A stretch of 64,000 nt of DNA from IMG/VR virus record IMGVR_UViG_3300031241_000001. The stretch is one strand, 5' to 3'. The notes beneath the pieces were generated by a model that saw nothing but the letters and a program-made list of their open reading frames with translations, was not told the origin of the DNA and ran no database searches. The translations under genes were made by a program, and so were the position numbers. Shown here one piece after another: positions 22,925-32,695 of this stretch (positions within the stretch are counted from its first letter, which is position 1; every line of letters starts with the position of its first letter). This DNA comes from an uncultured virus (IMG/VR IMGVR_UViG_3300031241_000001) (taxonomy: Duplodnaviria; Heunggongvirae; Uroviricota; Caudoviricetes).

Positions 22925-22956
22925 GTCTTGGGTGAGACTCGCGAGAGGAGAACGTG

Positions 22957-23466
22957 ATGGCCAACGGCAAGAAGAGCGGCGCGCAACTCGACCGTGAGGT
23001 CAATGACATCTTGGCGGCGCGCCAGAAGCGCGAGGCTCGCGGACAAGCGCCCAAGGCCAAGCCGCAGTCGTCCGGCATCCCTAGCCAGGCGGACTACGAG
23101 CGCCGCGAGCTGGACGAGGCCAACCGGAAGCTCCGCGAGGTCGAGAAGGCACCGCTCGCCGACCGCAAGGAGGCCGCCGACGAGTTCTTCGAGGCGATGC
23201 GCGACGACCCGGCGTTGGTCGCAGAGCGCCTCCGGTGGCTCCTGGACGGCAACTACGGCTACGGGTCGATGCTGATGGCCAAGCGCATCCTGAAGAGTCC
23301 GCGCATGAACCGCAGCGCGGCGCTCACGCACATGATCGCAGCCTTCGAGTGGTCTGCGCCGGGACCGCTGGTGATGGCGGCCTGGAAGAAGCTGACGAAG
23401 GGGCAGCAGGCCGCGCTGGAGAAGGTGGTGCAGGCCGAGATCCGCAGCGCGGAGCGCGAGGAATAG
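22957..23466 (+). CDS. hypothetical protein with QLDRE N-terminal motif
   Basis: GAGGAG RBS; KKSGAQLDREVNDIL. Confidence 0.75.
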   Translation: MANGKKSGAQLDREVNDILAARQKREARGQAPKAKPQSSGIPSQADYERRELDEANRKLREVEKAPLADRKEAADEFFEAMRDDPALVAERLRWLLDGNYGYGSMLMAKRILKSPRMNRSAALTHMIAAFEWSAPGPLVMAAWKKLTKGQQAALEKVVQAEIRSAEREE

Positions 23467-23470
23467 AGAC

Positions 23471-23971
23471 GTGGCGCGCTCGGGGCCGAAGAAGAAGACG
23501 GCCAAGCAGCTCGACCGCGAGGTCGCGGCTGTGCTGGCGAAGGGCAACGGCAACGGCGGCGGCATGGAGCGCGCGACGCGCGATCGGGTCCACGAGCCGC
23601 TCGTCGGCGAGCGCGTCGCACGTCGCACTCCGGTCGAGGTCACGCTGCTCGCCGATGTCGGTCCCGAGCCCTGGGAGTTGGTCTTCACCGCGGGCAAGAA
23701 CTTCGGCGGGGCTCGAGCGGGCCGGATCCTGATCGTGCTTCCTGGTAGTGGACCGACCGATCCGTTGGCAGGACTCGCCTACGCCGTCGAGCACGGGCGC
23801 GCCTACGTCCACCACGTGTGGGTCGACCCCGAGGCGCGCGGGCGCGGGCTGTCTCAGGTCTTGTTCGACGCTTACCGATCGGAGGTCACGCCCGAGCTGG
23901 TCGTGGTCGGTCCGTTCACGAAGGCTGGACGGGCGGCGGCGGAGCGCGCGGGCGCGATGATCGAGGAGTAG
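23471..23971 (+). CDS. GNAT-family acetyltransferase with QLDRE N-terminal motif
   Basis: YVHHVWVDPEARGRGLS acetyl-CoA motif A; KKTAKQLDREVAAVL. Confidence 0.75.
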   Translation: MARSGPKKKTAKQLDREVAAVLAKGNGNGGGMERATRDRVHEPLVGERVARRTPVEVTLLADVGPEPWELVFTAGKNFGGARAGRILIVLPGSGPTDPLAGLAYAVEHGRAYVHHVWVDPEARGRGLSQVLFDAYRSEVTPELVVVGPFTKAGRAAAERAGAMIEE

Positions 23972-23972
23972 C

Positions 23973-24716
23973 TCAGGCGCTATTCAGCGCGGGGCTATCG
24001 CTGACGTCGTTGTCGTCGTCGGCATCATCGACGTCAGCGTTGATCGCGTCCTCGTCGAGCTCCTGGGGGTCCGGTGGAGCGCTGGTCTTGGCGTCCTTGC
24101 GCGCGAGCTGCTCCTGGGCCTGGGCCTGAACCTGCGCCTTTTTGGTCGCGATCGCCTTCTGCACGACGCCGGGCTTGGGCGCGATCAGCATCGTCATGCG
24201 CCGCCCGTCGAGGTTCGGCGCGGCCTCCACCGCGGAGAGGTCCTTGCAGCGTTCCACCACGCGGTCGAGGACGCTCTTGCCCACTTGGGGGTGCGCCATC
24301 TCGCGACCGCGGAACACGACGACGAGCCGGACCTTGTTGCCCTCTTCGAGGAAGCGCCGGACGTGCTTGACCTTGAAGTCCATGTCGTGGCCCTCGGTCT
24401 TCGGCCGGAACTTGATCTCCTTCGTCTCGAAGGTCGTCGTGTTCTTGCGCTGCTGCTGCTTCTTCTTCGCCTCCTCGAACTTGAACTTGCCGTGGTCCAT
24501 GATCCGGCACACTGGGGGCAGCGCGGTCGGCGAGATCTCGACGAGGTCGAGGCCCTTGTCTTCGGCGAGGCGCAGCGCCTGGTGCGTCGGCATGACGCCG
24601 AGCTGCTCACCCTCGTGGATGACGCGCACTTCGGTGGCGCGGATGCGGTGGTTGACGCGGTGCCCGGTCTGGGGGCGGCGGCGGTCGAAGCGGCCGGAGT
24701 TGGGGCGGCCGTTCAT
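23973..24716 (-). CDS. infC: translation initiation factor IF-3 with acidic C-terminal extension
   Basis: VNHRIRATEVRVI, GLDLVEISP..PPVCRIMD, KEIKFRP, GNKVRLVVVFRGRE. Confidence 0.95.
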   Translation of the reverse strand: MNGRPNSGRFDRRRPQTGHRVNHRIRATEVRVIHEGEQLGVMPTHQALRLAEDKGLDLVEISPTALPPVCRIMDHGKFKFEEAKKKQQQRKNTTTFETKEIKFRPKTEGHDMDFKVKHVRRFLEEGNKVRLVVVFRGREMAHPQVGKSVLDRVVERCKDLSAVEAAPNLDGRRMTMLIAPKPGVVQKAIATKKAQVQAQAQEQLARKDAKTSAPPDPQELDEDAINADVDDADDDNDVSDSPALNSA

Positions 24717-24803
24717 GAGTGCTTCATGCGCTGTGTGGTCCTCAAGCCGCGTTTGTACTTCAGGTCGCAGCCGTCAGCAATTCTGACGGTAGACTCGACG
24801 GGC

Positions 24804-25133
24804 ATGTTGAAGTCGAAGTCCGCCGTCCAGTTGAACCGTGAGATCGCTGAAGCACTATCTCGCGAGAAAGCCCACCGCGTGACCGGTATTGACACGACGA
24901 CGACGGTGGACCGTGAGTTCCGCGCTCGTCCACGCGACGCGCTGACGTTGGCAGAGAAGGCGCGTCAGGCACGCGGGGCCGCAGCGCGCTGGACCAAACG
25001 ATCGGGGGCCTACGCACGCGAGGGCCAGTTCAGGGAGGCCGACGACGCTCAGACCGAGGCGATCGCGCTCGGGCAGATGGCCGCAGACCTTGAGGAAGAG
25101 GTCGCGCAGATCAGGGCGCGCGCGCGGCGTTGA
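24804..25133 (+). CDS. hypothetical protein with QLNRE N-terminal motif
   Basis: KSKSAVQLNREIAEAL; TAGACT box 8 nt upstream of the ATG. Confidence 0.7.
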   Translation: MLKSKSAVQLNREIAEALSREKAHRVTGIDTTTTVDREFRARPRDALTLAEKARQARGAAARWTKRSGAYAREGQFREADDAQTEAIALGQMAADLEEEVAQIRARARR

Positions 25134-25427
25134 TGTTGCCCGTAGGTACACGACGTGTACGATCCGCTGGATGTTGGAGCCTCTGGAGCCGCGCTGGTAC
25201 TACGTGCACGTCGACTTCGGCCCGGGGATCGCGCCGTGGCTCGTCGCCATCGAGGCGACCTCCCCCGAGGAAGCACGATCGCACCTCGCGCGTGACCTCG
25301 CCGCCAAGGGCGCCGCTGCCACGATCGTAGAGGTCGGGCTCCTCGCGGATCTGCCCGGCTCCGACGACGGCTCCGACGATGAAGCCAATGCGGATGCGGA
25401 CGCCGTCGACCAAGGGACCGTGCACCC

Positions 25428-25856
25428 GTGAAGACGGCACGCCAACTCGATCATGAGGTGGCCGACCACCAGGCGCGCGATCGGTTGAGGCTCCGGGTGC
25501 AGAGGATCGTCGACAAGTGGCAGCCGATCCTGGGCGTGCGCTTGAACGAGTTCCGCGTGAAGAAGATGCGTGCGTTCGCGTCGCTCAATGTGCGCGACGG
25601 CAGGCTGTGGGTCAGCCAGTCGTGCGTGGGTATGCCCCGGGCGGACCTCGAGTACGTGGTCGTGCACGAGCTCGTGCACTTGTACGTGGGTGACCGCGCG
25701 AGGGCCGCGGGCTGTGACCCGGAGGCCGGATCTGGGCACGACGCGCGCTTCTACGCGACGTTGGACCACTACCTGCCGACCTGGCGTCGTCGTCACGCGC
25801 AGTTGCGCAGTGGCGACGGCGTGGTCGCCCGCGGGCTGCCTGGCATGGGACACTGA
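25428..25856 (+). CDS. YgjP/DUF45-like (M48-like) metal-dependent hydrolase domain
   Basis: LEYVVVHELVHL...GHDARFY...YLPTWR; N-terminal KTARQLDHEV. Confidence 0.8.
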   Translation: MKTARQLDHEVADHQARDRLRLRVQRIVDKWQPILGVRLNEFRVKKMRAFASLNVRDGRLWVSQSCVGMPRADLEYVVVHELVHLYVGDRARAAGCDPEAGSGHDARFYATLDHYLPTWRRRHAQLRSGDGVVARGLPGMGH

Positions 25857-26406
25857 TCGTGCCTTAGCGCGAAGGACGCGGTGAACGATGACGGCGCGCA
25901 CCAAGATCCCGCTACAGGTTGTCGTGAGGGCCCTCTGTGAGGTGCTCACCGATCTTCCGCCCGACGATCAGGAGCGTGCTCTCGAAGCTGTGCGTGTCAC
26001 CCTTGGGTTAGACGCTCCCGTCGTGACCGTGTGGGATTCAGAGGCTGCGTCTCTCGCGTCGCGATCGCGGGCTTCTGAACCGGATCCTGTGCCGCGTGTG
26101 CTGTGGGAGACTTCTCTCTTTCAGGAGCCAGCAGCGCGGAGGGCGCTGCCGACCGTGGTGGTGCAGATGATGGGTGATCGTCCGAGGGTGGTGGGTCAGC
26201 AGGTGGGTCGACCTTGCACGATCGTCCTGGTCGGCATGCAGCACGACCAACGTCGGCGACTGTCGGCGCCGCGTGCTTCTGCCGCTGCACCCCCAGCACA
26301 GTCACCAGGATCCCGGCGCGGCGGTTACGTGCGATCGATCCGCTAGTGGATGCCCCCGTGGGTCAGAAACTCGCGTGGGCACCGTCGGTGATCTTACGAT
26401 CGGGGG

Positions 26407-27108
26407 ATGCGCTTCTTCGTCTTCATGACCTGCGCGCTCCTCCTCGCGCTCGAGACGCCGGCGGCCGCGCAGGCCGTCCCGCTGCCGCGGTTGGACGGCA
26501 TCGACTTCTTTGGATCTGTGGGGGACCTCGAGAGTCGCGCGATCGCCCCGGCTCACCGCGTCGGGCCCTTCAGCACGTTCGGCTGGGGCTTCGAGACGAC
26601 GTTCACCGTGGTGGCCAAGGACGATTACCTCGTCGAGATCGGCGTCAGCTACGCGCAGGTGTTCGAGCGCGGCACGCTGGGGGGCTACGTGTTCACCGGC
26701 GAGTTGCGCGACCTGCCCGGCAGCACCGTCTACGTCACCTTCCACGACGGGCTGTACCTCGGGATCGGCACGGGGATGACGTCCCTGGCGCACGCTTCGG
26801 TCGACAACGGGACGTCCCGGTACGCGGTCAGCGGGGACACCATCGACCTGTCCGGGGTCGTCGGCTTCGCGACCACCCTCCTCGGGCGAGACGCGGCGGA
26901 CCGGCGGGTCAACGGCTTCGTCGAGGTCGCCTACCACGCGCGGTACTTCGGCGGCCTCGACTGGGGCATGGGGGCGCCGGCGACGTTGCCGACCAGCGCG
27001 TACCTGGGAGGGGGGACGGTGAGCATCGGCGTGCAGCTCGCGATCGGTGCGAAGGCTGCGATCGCGGCGGACCCGGTGGCAGCAGCCGCCTCCGCGGCGG
27101 CGAAGTAG
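26407..27108 (+). CDS. secreted or outer-membrane beta-barrel-like protein
   Basis: Signal peptide ending AAAQA; Gly/aromatic-rich beta-strand pattern. Confidence 0.55.
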   Translation: MRFFVFMTCALLLALETPAAAQAVPLPRLDGIDFFGSVGDLESRAIAPAHRVGPFSTFGWGFETTFTVVAKDDYLVEIGVSYAQVFERGTLGGYVFTGELRDLPGSTVYVTFHDGLYLGIGTGMTSLAHASVDNGTSRYAVSGDTIDLSGVVGFATTLLGRDAADRRVNGFVEVAYHARYFGGLDWGMGAPATLPTSAYLGGGTVSIGVQLAIGAKAAIAADPVAAAASAAAK

Positions 27109-27409
27109 CTCACGGCTTGACGTTGCCGACGTGCACGCACTGCTTGAACGCGCACGTCCAGTCGCCGTAGGCGCATTGGTGGTACGCGAGGCCGGTGCTG
27201 ATGACCGTGACGGCCATGGCCAGCGAGAGCAGGAGGTCGCGGCGGAGGCTCTTCTTCATTTGCGCAGGGGTACCACGCACGGCACGCATTGAAGACATCT
27301 AGGACGGCGTCGCTGCTATGATGGGGGAAGCTCGTCTGCCAAGCGTAGAAGGAGTTCCGGAGCCGTCGTGCTGGCGGCTCCAGCTATTTTCGGCCCCTAT
27401 CCGCAGGGC

Positions 27410-28171
27410 TTATCGTCGAGGAAGTGGAGCACCCGCCTCGCGGGCATCACGTGTGATCGCACGGCCGACAGCGTTCGCGATCTTGACGTCATAGCTGAAG
27501 CCGCGAGGCGGATCGATCTTCACACCCTCGTCGAACCAGCCCACGCCTTCACCTTGCGCTTGCATTGCGCCCTTGTAGCCAGCTTTCTCTGCGGAGAACG
27601 TCGCGAAGATCTCCGCCAACTGATCGTCGGTGAGGGAATCACGGACCTGCTTCGTGAACTTCTTCGCGACAGCGCGAACGGCCGGCGGCGGATCACCCAG
27701 CACACGATCCCAGTGACCCCCGGGTCCCGGAGACAGCGCGCGGTACGCAGCCATGAAGGCGGCTTCCTTGCGTGCATCTCCAGCTTCTCGCGCGTCCTCG
27801 GCGAGATTCTCGACCTCGGAGATGTACGGGCTCGCCCAGAAAGCGAACGCGGCCCCTTTGGTGAAAGCTTCCCAGTCGTAGTCTTTTTTCGTCGCGTGTT
27901 CGTGACGCGGTGTTGCGTGCACACGTTTCGGAGCACTCCTCGCCGAGGAGGACTTGGGTTGCACCGTGTCGATCGTGACCCACGCTCCGGACGGGAAGCG
28001 CTCCTGGATCTCCATCGGACTGCTCACGGCACTGGTCCAGTATGCGGCGGAGGCACGGGCGTCTTTGAGCGTCTCGTCGTGAGAAGCCACGCGGCGCGTG
28101 CTCGGCTGGAGAACGCGAAAGCTGCCGGTCGGCTTGGCCCTGCTGAATCGCGCGCCGCTGCTGTAGCTCAT
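27410..28171 (-). CDS. hypothetical protein
   Basis: 253 aa; HATPR/HATKK linker; TGcTACTGT box 6 nt upstream of the ATG. Confidence 0.7.
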   Translation of the reverse strand: MSYSSGARFSRAKPTGSFRVLQPSTRRVASHDETLKDARASAAYWTSAVSSPMEIQERFPSGAWVTIDTVQPKSSSARSAPKRVHATPRHEHATKKDYDWEAFTKGAAFAFWASPYISEVENLAEDAREAGDARKEAAFMAAYRALSPGPGGHWDRVLGDPPPAVRAVAKKFTKQVRDSLTDDQLAEIFATFSAEKAGYKGAMQAQGEGVGWFDEGVKIDPPRGFSYDVKIANAVGRAITRDAREAGAPLPRR

Positions 28172-29037
28172 GGACCGACAGTAGCAAAACAGCGTCGACT
28201 CCGCCTGTTTGTTGCCTTGGGGATCAGGCTCTGCGCTCTCCCCACACCGTGCGGAAGCCCTCGAAGCGACCTGGTGCTCCGCCGCTGTGGATCGGCTTGG
28301 CGAGGCGCCGCAGGAAGCGCTCGTCGTCCTTGCTCTGCCTGTCGGCGCGCACGAACACCTCGCGGTCGTCTTGCAGGCGGACGATGAATTGAACGCAGGA
28401 GCTGCCCCAGCAGTAGAGCTTGCCGAGCTGGGCGACGTCGGCCTGCTCGAACGTGACTGCGGCGCCGCCGGGCCAGGGGCAGCCGGTGTTCGAGAGGGCC
28501 TTCTCGACGCCGCTCATCATCGGCGCACCGAGGTGTGGGCCGGTCGACCCGACGCTTCCCAGAAGAGGACGTCCTCCTTCTCTCTCTCGGCCTCTTCCGC
28601 GCCCCACGAGTCCATCAGCTCGCGGAGCGTGTCGCGGTCGGGCACCTCGTCCCACAGGGCCAGGTTGATCGACCCGCGCGCTTCGACGCGCTGAGCGAAG
28701 CGCTCTGCCTGCCCGCGCGCCTGGTGGTTCGGGCAGAAGAACCCCTCGTCGCAGCGGACGGCTCCCTCGATGCGGTGGCCGCGCAGCACGTAGCGCTTGC
28801 CGTCAGTGCCGCGTACCTCGAACGACCAGTCGTAGCAGTAGCCGACGGAGTCCTCGAACTGCACCGCGTAGAGCGGCCCCTCGACGGCCGAGCAGGACTG
28901 GATGGCGATCCGCGGCGCTTTGTTGTTCGTCGTCATGCCACGTCGTAAGTGCAGCGGCTGTTCCACGACCTGACACGTCCTACGAGGAGACGACCTAGGT
29001 CTCTCGCGATGCGTCAAGCTTGCGGAGGGTCGTCCCT

Positions 29038-29115
29038 GGGTGACGGGGCACCCGTGTCTCGAGAACGCCGCAGCGCTGCGAACCGTGAACGGCGGGCACG
29101 GGTAGGTGATCACCC
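29038..29115. promoter_or_regulatory. Paired operator GGGT-N8-ACCC
   Basis: GGGTgacggggcACCC (29038) and GGGTaggtgatcACCC (29100) between divergent genes starting at 28936 (-) and 29201 (+). Confidence 0.65.
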
Positions 29116-30324
29116 GAGCTCTCGCGTACCGCTGTTCTGGGACTTTGCCTGCACTCACTTTGCTGTCAGGATGGCGCGGCGGTTGCTCTTGGAACGAGTC
29201 ATGGCGCAGACGAAGAAGCAGCGACACTCGAAGGAGCAGAAGCTGCTCGACGCGGTGACCCACGCGGCCTCGTGTCTCAAGGAGGCGGGAGAGCCTCTCC
29301 ACGGTCTGGGCCCGAGCGCCCGCTACGCCTCAGCGTTCGACCTCTACGGGCATGCGCTGAGGGACCTCCTCGCCCATGAGTGCCCGCTTCACGTCGCCGA
29401 CTGGAGTTGGGATGGCTACGAGGGCAACTTCCACTTCTACTGGGAGTTCGGGACGCAACTCGCGCAGCCCGGCGCGGCGTACGAGCACGACACACGCTTC
29501 ACGGCGATGCGCAGCGCAGCGCGCCTCGACCCTGCGAAGCCCCTGCTCGAAGAGCTGGCGCGCCTGCGCGCCGAGGCGTCCCACTACGAGGAGCTGCGCA
29601 ACGCGGTGGTGCGCTGGGCCAGCGACGCGCGTGTGACCGCGCGGGTCGCGGCGCGCGCAAGGCAGTCCCTCGCGACGACGCCGGCCCCGGCCGAGGAGTG
29701 CGCGTCGTGAGTCGCCGGGTCATCCTGGAATGGTGCGAGGTCGGTCAGCGCTTCGGGTGCCAAGGGCTCGTGCTGGATGCACGCACGCGCCGGGTGCTTC
29801 ATCGGACGCGGGTCCGTCCGTACGGGATGCCGTCGACCGTGCTCGGTGACGCGGGGGCGCACGCGGCGGCAAAGGACTGGGCGGTGCTCCCATGAGGGAC
29901 CTTCCCAAGCCCAAGCTCAAGAAGCTCGCGAAGACGCTCGACGACATGCTGGGCGCGTTCGACGAGGAGATCCACAAGCTCGCCGAGCAGGCGCGCTCCG
30001 AGATTCTGCCGTACTTTAAGGCGCACGACTACGACTACGCGGCGGGTAACGGCCAGTGGTTCATCTCCAAGCCGTCCTCCGTCGGCGCTCCCTACTACAG
30101 GGAGGACGACTACGTCGCGCACGACGACCTGCCCGCGAACATCCGCGAGTTGCTCATGCTCGATGTCGGGCTGACGAACGCCTGCCTCGGGTACTACATC
30201 CGGGACATCAAGCGGGGAGAGTGGTAGTGGCCCTCGCTCCGCTGGCAGCGCCCTGCACGACGCGCGAGGATGAAGGCACCCTCGGCGGCGAAGGACCCCA
30301 GTGCCTCGACAGCGAGACGATGCC

Positions 30325-31506
30325 GTGAGTCGCACCCTCAAGCGTGTTCCGTTGGACTTCTCGTGGCCCGAGCAGAAGGTCTGGAAGGGCTACGTCAACC
30401 CGTACGCGAAGCTCTCGAAGCACTGCCCGGACTGCGCGTACGGCGAGCACGGCCCCCGGGGCTACTCCCCGCGAGCGTACCGCTTCTACCAGGAGTGGTA
30501 CGGCTACGTCGCGTTCGATCCGGTCGCCTACGGCGCCAAGCCGATCACGGTCGACCACCCGCGCATCCGCGCGCACGCGACGGCGCAGGTCAACCGCAGT
30601 CCCGAGTTCTACATGACCCCCGAGGAGCGCCGTCGCGAGCGCCAGAACCTCCAGAAGGCGGGTATCGACCTCATCGAGCTGATGAAGACGACCGAGGAGC
30701 TGAAGGCCGAACTTGACGCACCGCCCGGTGACCTCGAAGACCTCCAGCAGCCGGGGCTCGTCAGGATCGGCGGTCACCGTGGTGCCGCCATCGAGCGCGA
30801 GGTCCGGCGCCTCTACGAGCAGTGCATCAAGGGGCACTGGTGCCACCACCTCACCCAGGACGACGTCGACGCGCTCGTCGCCGCCAGTCGCCTGCCCGAA
30901 TTCACGCATCGGCCCGTCAACCAGGAGCAGGTCGAGAAGCTCAAGGCCCAGGGGGTGGCAGGGGGCTCCGGCTATTGGCTCGACGAGCCGAACGGCTACT
31001 GCCCGACCGCCGACGAGGTGAACGCTTGGGCACTATTCGGGATGGGGCACGACGCGATCAACCAGGGGGTCTGCCTCGCTGCACGCTGCGCGCGCGAGGG
31101 GGTCCAGGTCGAGTGCCCGACGTGCGTCGGCAAGGGCAGCTACTGGCCCGACGTGGAGTACGACGACCTGCCGCGGCTGGTCGAGGGGCTGCTCAAGCCG
31201 GAGCAGATCCTCGCGATCAAGCCCGTCGGCAAGCTCGTGCCGTCCGACGTCGTCGGCAAGCTCTACGAGGAGTGGGAGGACTACGAGCCGCCCGCGGGTC
31301 CCGGCTACCAGCTCTGGGAGAAGGTCTCCGAAGGCAGTCCGGTGTCCCCGGTGTTTGGCACGTTCGACGATCTGTGCGCGTGGGCGGAGGGGCACTCGGT
31401 CGCCGGCCGTCTCCTCTCGAAGGAGCAGTGGAAGAGCATGCTCGAAGCCGACTTCGTCTACACCGTGCACGAGACCCGCGGTGGGGTCACCCTCATCTCC
31501 GTGTGA
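30325..31506 (+). CDS. hypothetical protein with CxxC pairs
   Basis: About 393 aa; CPDC, CPTC, EPPAGPGYQLWEKVSEGSPVSPVF. Confidence 0.8.
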   Translation: MSRTLKRVPLDFSWPEQKVWKGYVNPYAKLSKHCPDCAYGEHGPRGYSPRAYRFYQEWYGYVAFDPVAYGAKPITVDHPRIRAHATAQVNRSPEFYMTPEERRRERQNLQKAGIDLIELMKTTEELKAELDAPPGDLEDLQQPGLVRIGGHRGAAIEREVRRLYEQCIKGHWCHHLTQDDVDALVAASRLPEFTHRPVNQEQVEKLKAQGVAGGSGYWLDEPNGYCPTADEVNAWALFGMGHDAINQGVCLAARCAREGVQVECPTCVGKGSYWPDVEYDDLPRLVEGLLKPEQILAIKPVGKLVPSDVVGKLYEEWEDYEPPAGPGYQLWEKVSEGSPVSPVFGTFDDLCAWAEGHSVAGRLLSKEQWKSMLEADFVYTVHETRGGVTLISV

Positions 31507-31711
31507 ACTCCATGCCTGACCCCAACCCCAACGTCGGTGAGATGCCCGCTGCGCGGGCGCAGTGCCCCTGGGAGCCCGCGGCGATCGTGCGACTCCGCAT
31601 CGAGCGCGCTGCGTACGAGCGCGCGGGTCGCCCGCGGGGCTACTTCTTCCGGCAACGCGCGGATGTCGAGGCCGAGCTGGCCGAGGTCGCGCGGCGTCTC
31701 GGGAGGCCGCG

Positions 31712-32695
31712 GTGAGGCGCCCGAAGGTCCTTTCGCTCGGCGGTGGCCTCGACTCGTGGGCGATGTTGCTCGACGCCGAGGTCCGCGGGGAGCTGCCCGA
31801 CGTCGTCGCGTTCGTGGACGTTGGTGATCCCGAGGACCGCGCCACGCACCCTGGCGAGTGGGACGGCACGTACCGTCACGTCGAGGAGGTCGTCCGGCCG
31901 TGGTGCGCGGCGCGCGGGATCGAGTTCGTCGAGGTCAGCGCGCGCACGGGCTACCTGATCCGTCCCGAGAACCAGGCGTCGCGATCGCTGTTCGGCTGGC
32001 TCTGGACGATGGGTCAGATCCCAGTCGCGGGCCCCAACCGGATCTGCACGCGGATCGCCAAGGTCGAGCGTTTCGAGCGGTGGCTCGACGACCGCTTCGC
32101 CGGTCGCGAGGTCGAGGTCTGGATCGGCTTCGACGCTGCCGAGCAGGCCCGCGTCGACAACGACCCGAACGCCGGCAAGCCGCGCGGTGCGACGGGGCTC
32201 AAGGCGCGCGCGGGAGACTCCCTCGGCGCGCAGCTCCACAACGCCTTCCGCTGGACGAAGGTGCTCGCGTTCGCCATGACGCACGCGGGGCGCGTGAACC
32301 GCTTCCCGCTCATGGAGCGCGGGCTGTGCCGCTGTCGCTGCGAGGCGCTGGCTCGCGCGAGCGGCTACCCGGTGCCGCGGAAGTCGGCGTGTATGGCGTG
32401 CCCGTACGGGTCGCGCGGCGACTGGAAGACGCTCGCCGCCGAGCGCCCGGCGGTGTTCGCGTACGCGGTCGAGCTGGAGGCGAAGAAGCCTCCCACGACC
32501 AAGAACGGGATCAAGCTGTCGATCATGGACTTCGACAGCCGGACCAAGACCGGCAGACCGCTGCCCGTGTTCGTGAGCCGGCCGTACCGCGCGAAGGTCG
32601 TGCCGTGCACCGTGTGCGGCGCCGCGCAGCGCGCGACGAAGGCGGCGGGCTGCGGCTACCTCGAAGAGGGCCGCGCGGTGACGGAGGCCGCGTGA
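31712..32695 (+). CDS. PAPS-reductase-like (PP-loop) protein
   Basis: LSLGGGLDS, RICTRIAK, WIGFDAAE, FPL, PRKSACMACPY. Confidence 0.75.
   Translation: MRRPKVLSLGGGLDSWAMLLDAEVRGELPDVVAFVDVGDPEDRATHPGEWDGTYRHVEEVVRPWCAARGIEFVEVSARTGYLIRPENQASRSLFGWLWTMGQIPVAGPNRICTRIAKVERFERWLDDRFAGREVEVWIGFDAAEQARVDNDPNAGKPRGATGLKARAGDSLGAQLHNAFRWTKVLAFAMTHAGRVNRFPLMERGLCRCRCEALARASGYPVPRKSACMACPYGSRGDWKTLAAERPAVFAYAVELEAKKPPTTKNGIKLSIMDFDSRTKTGRPLPVFVSRPYRAKVVPCTVCGAAQRATKAAGCGYLEEGRAVTEAA

Noticed and set aside
27300..28223. Lower-GC gene 27410-28171 as a third cassette
   Set aside because: No inverted repeats or target duplication found
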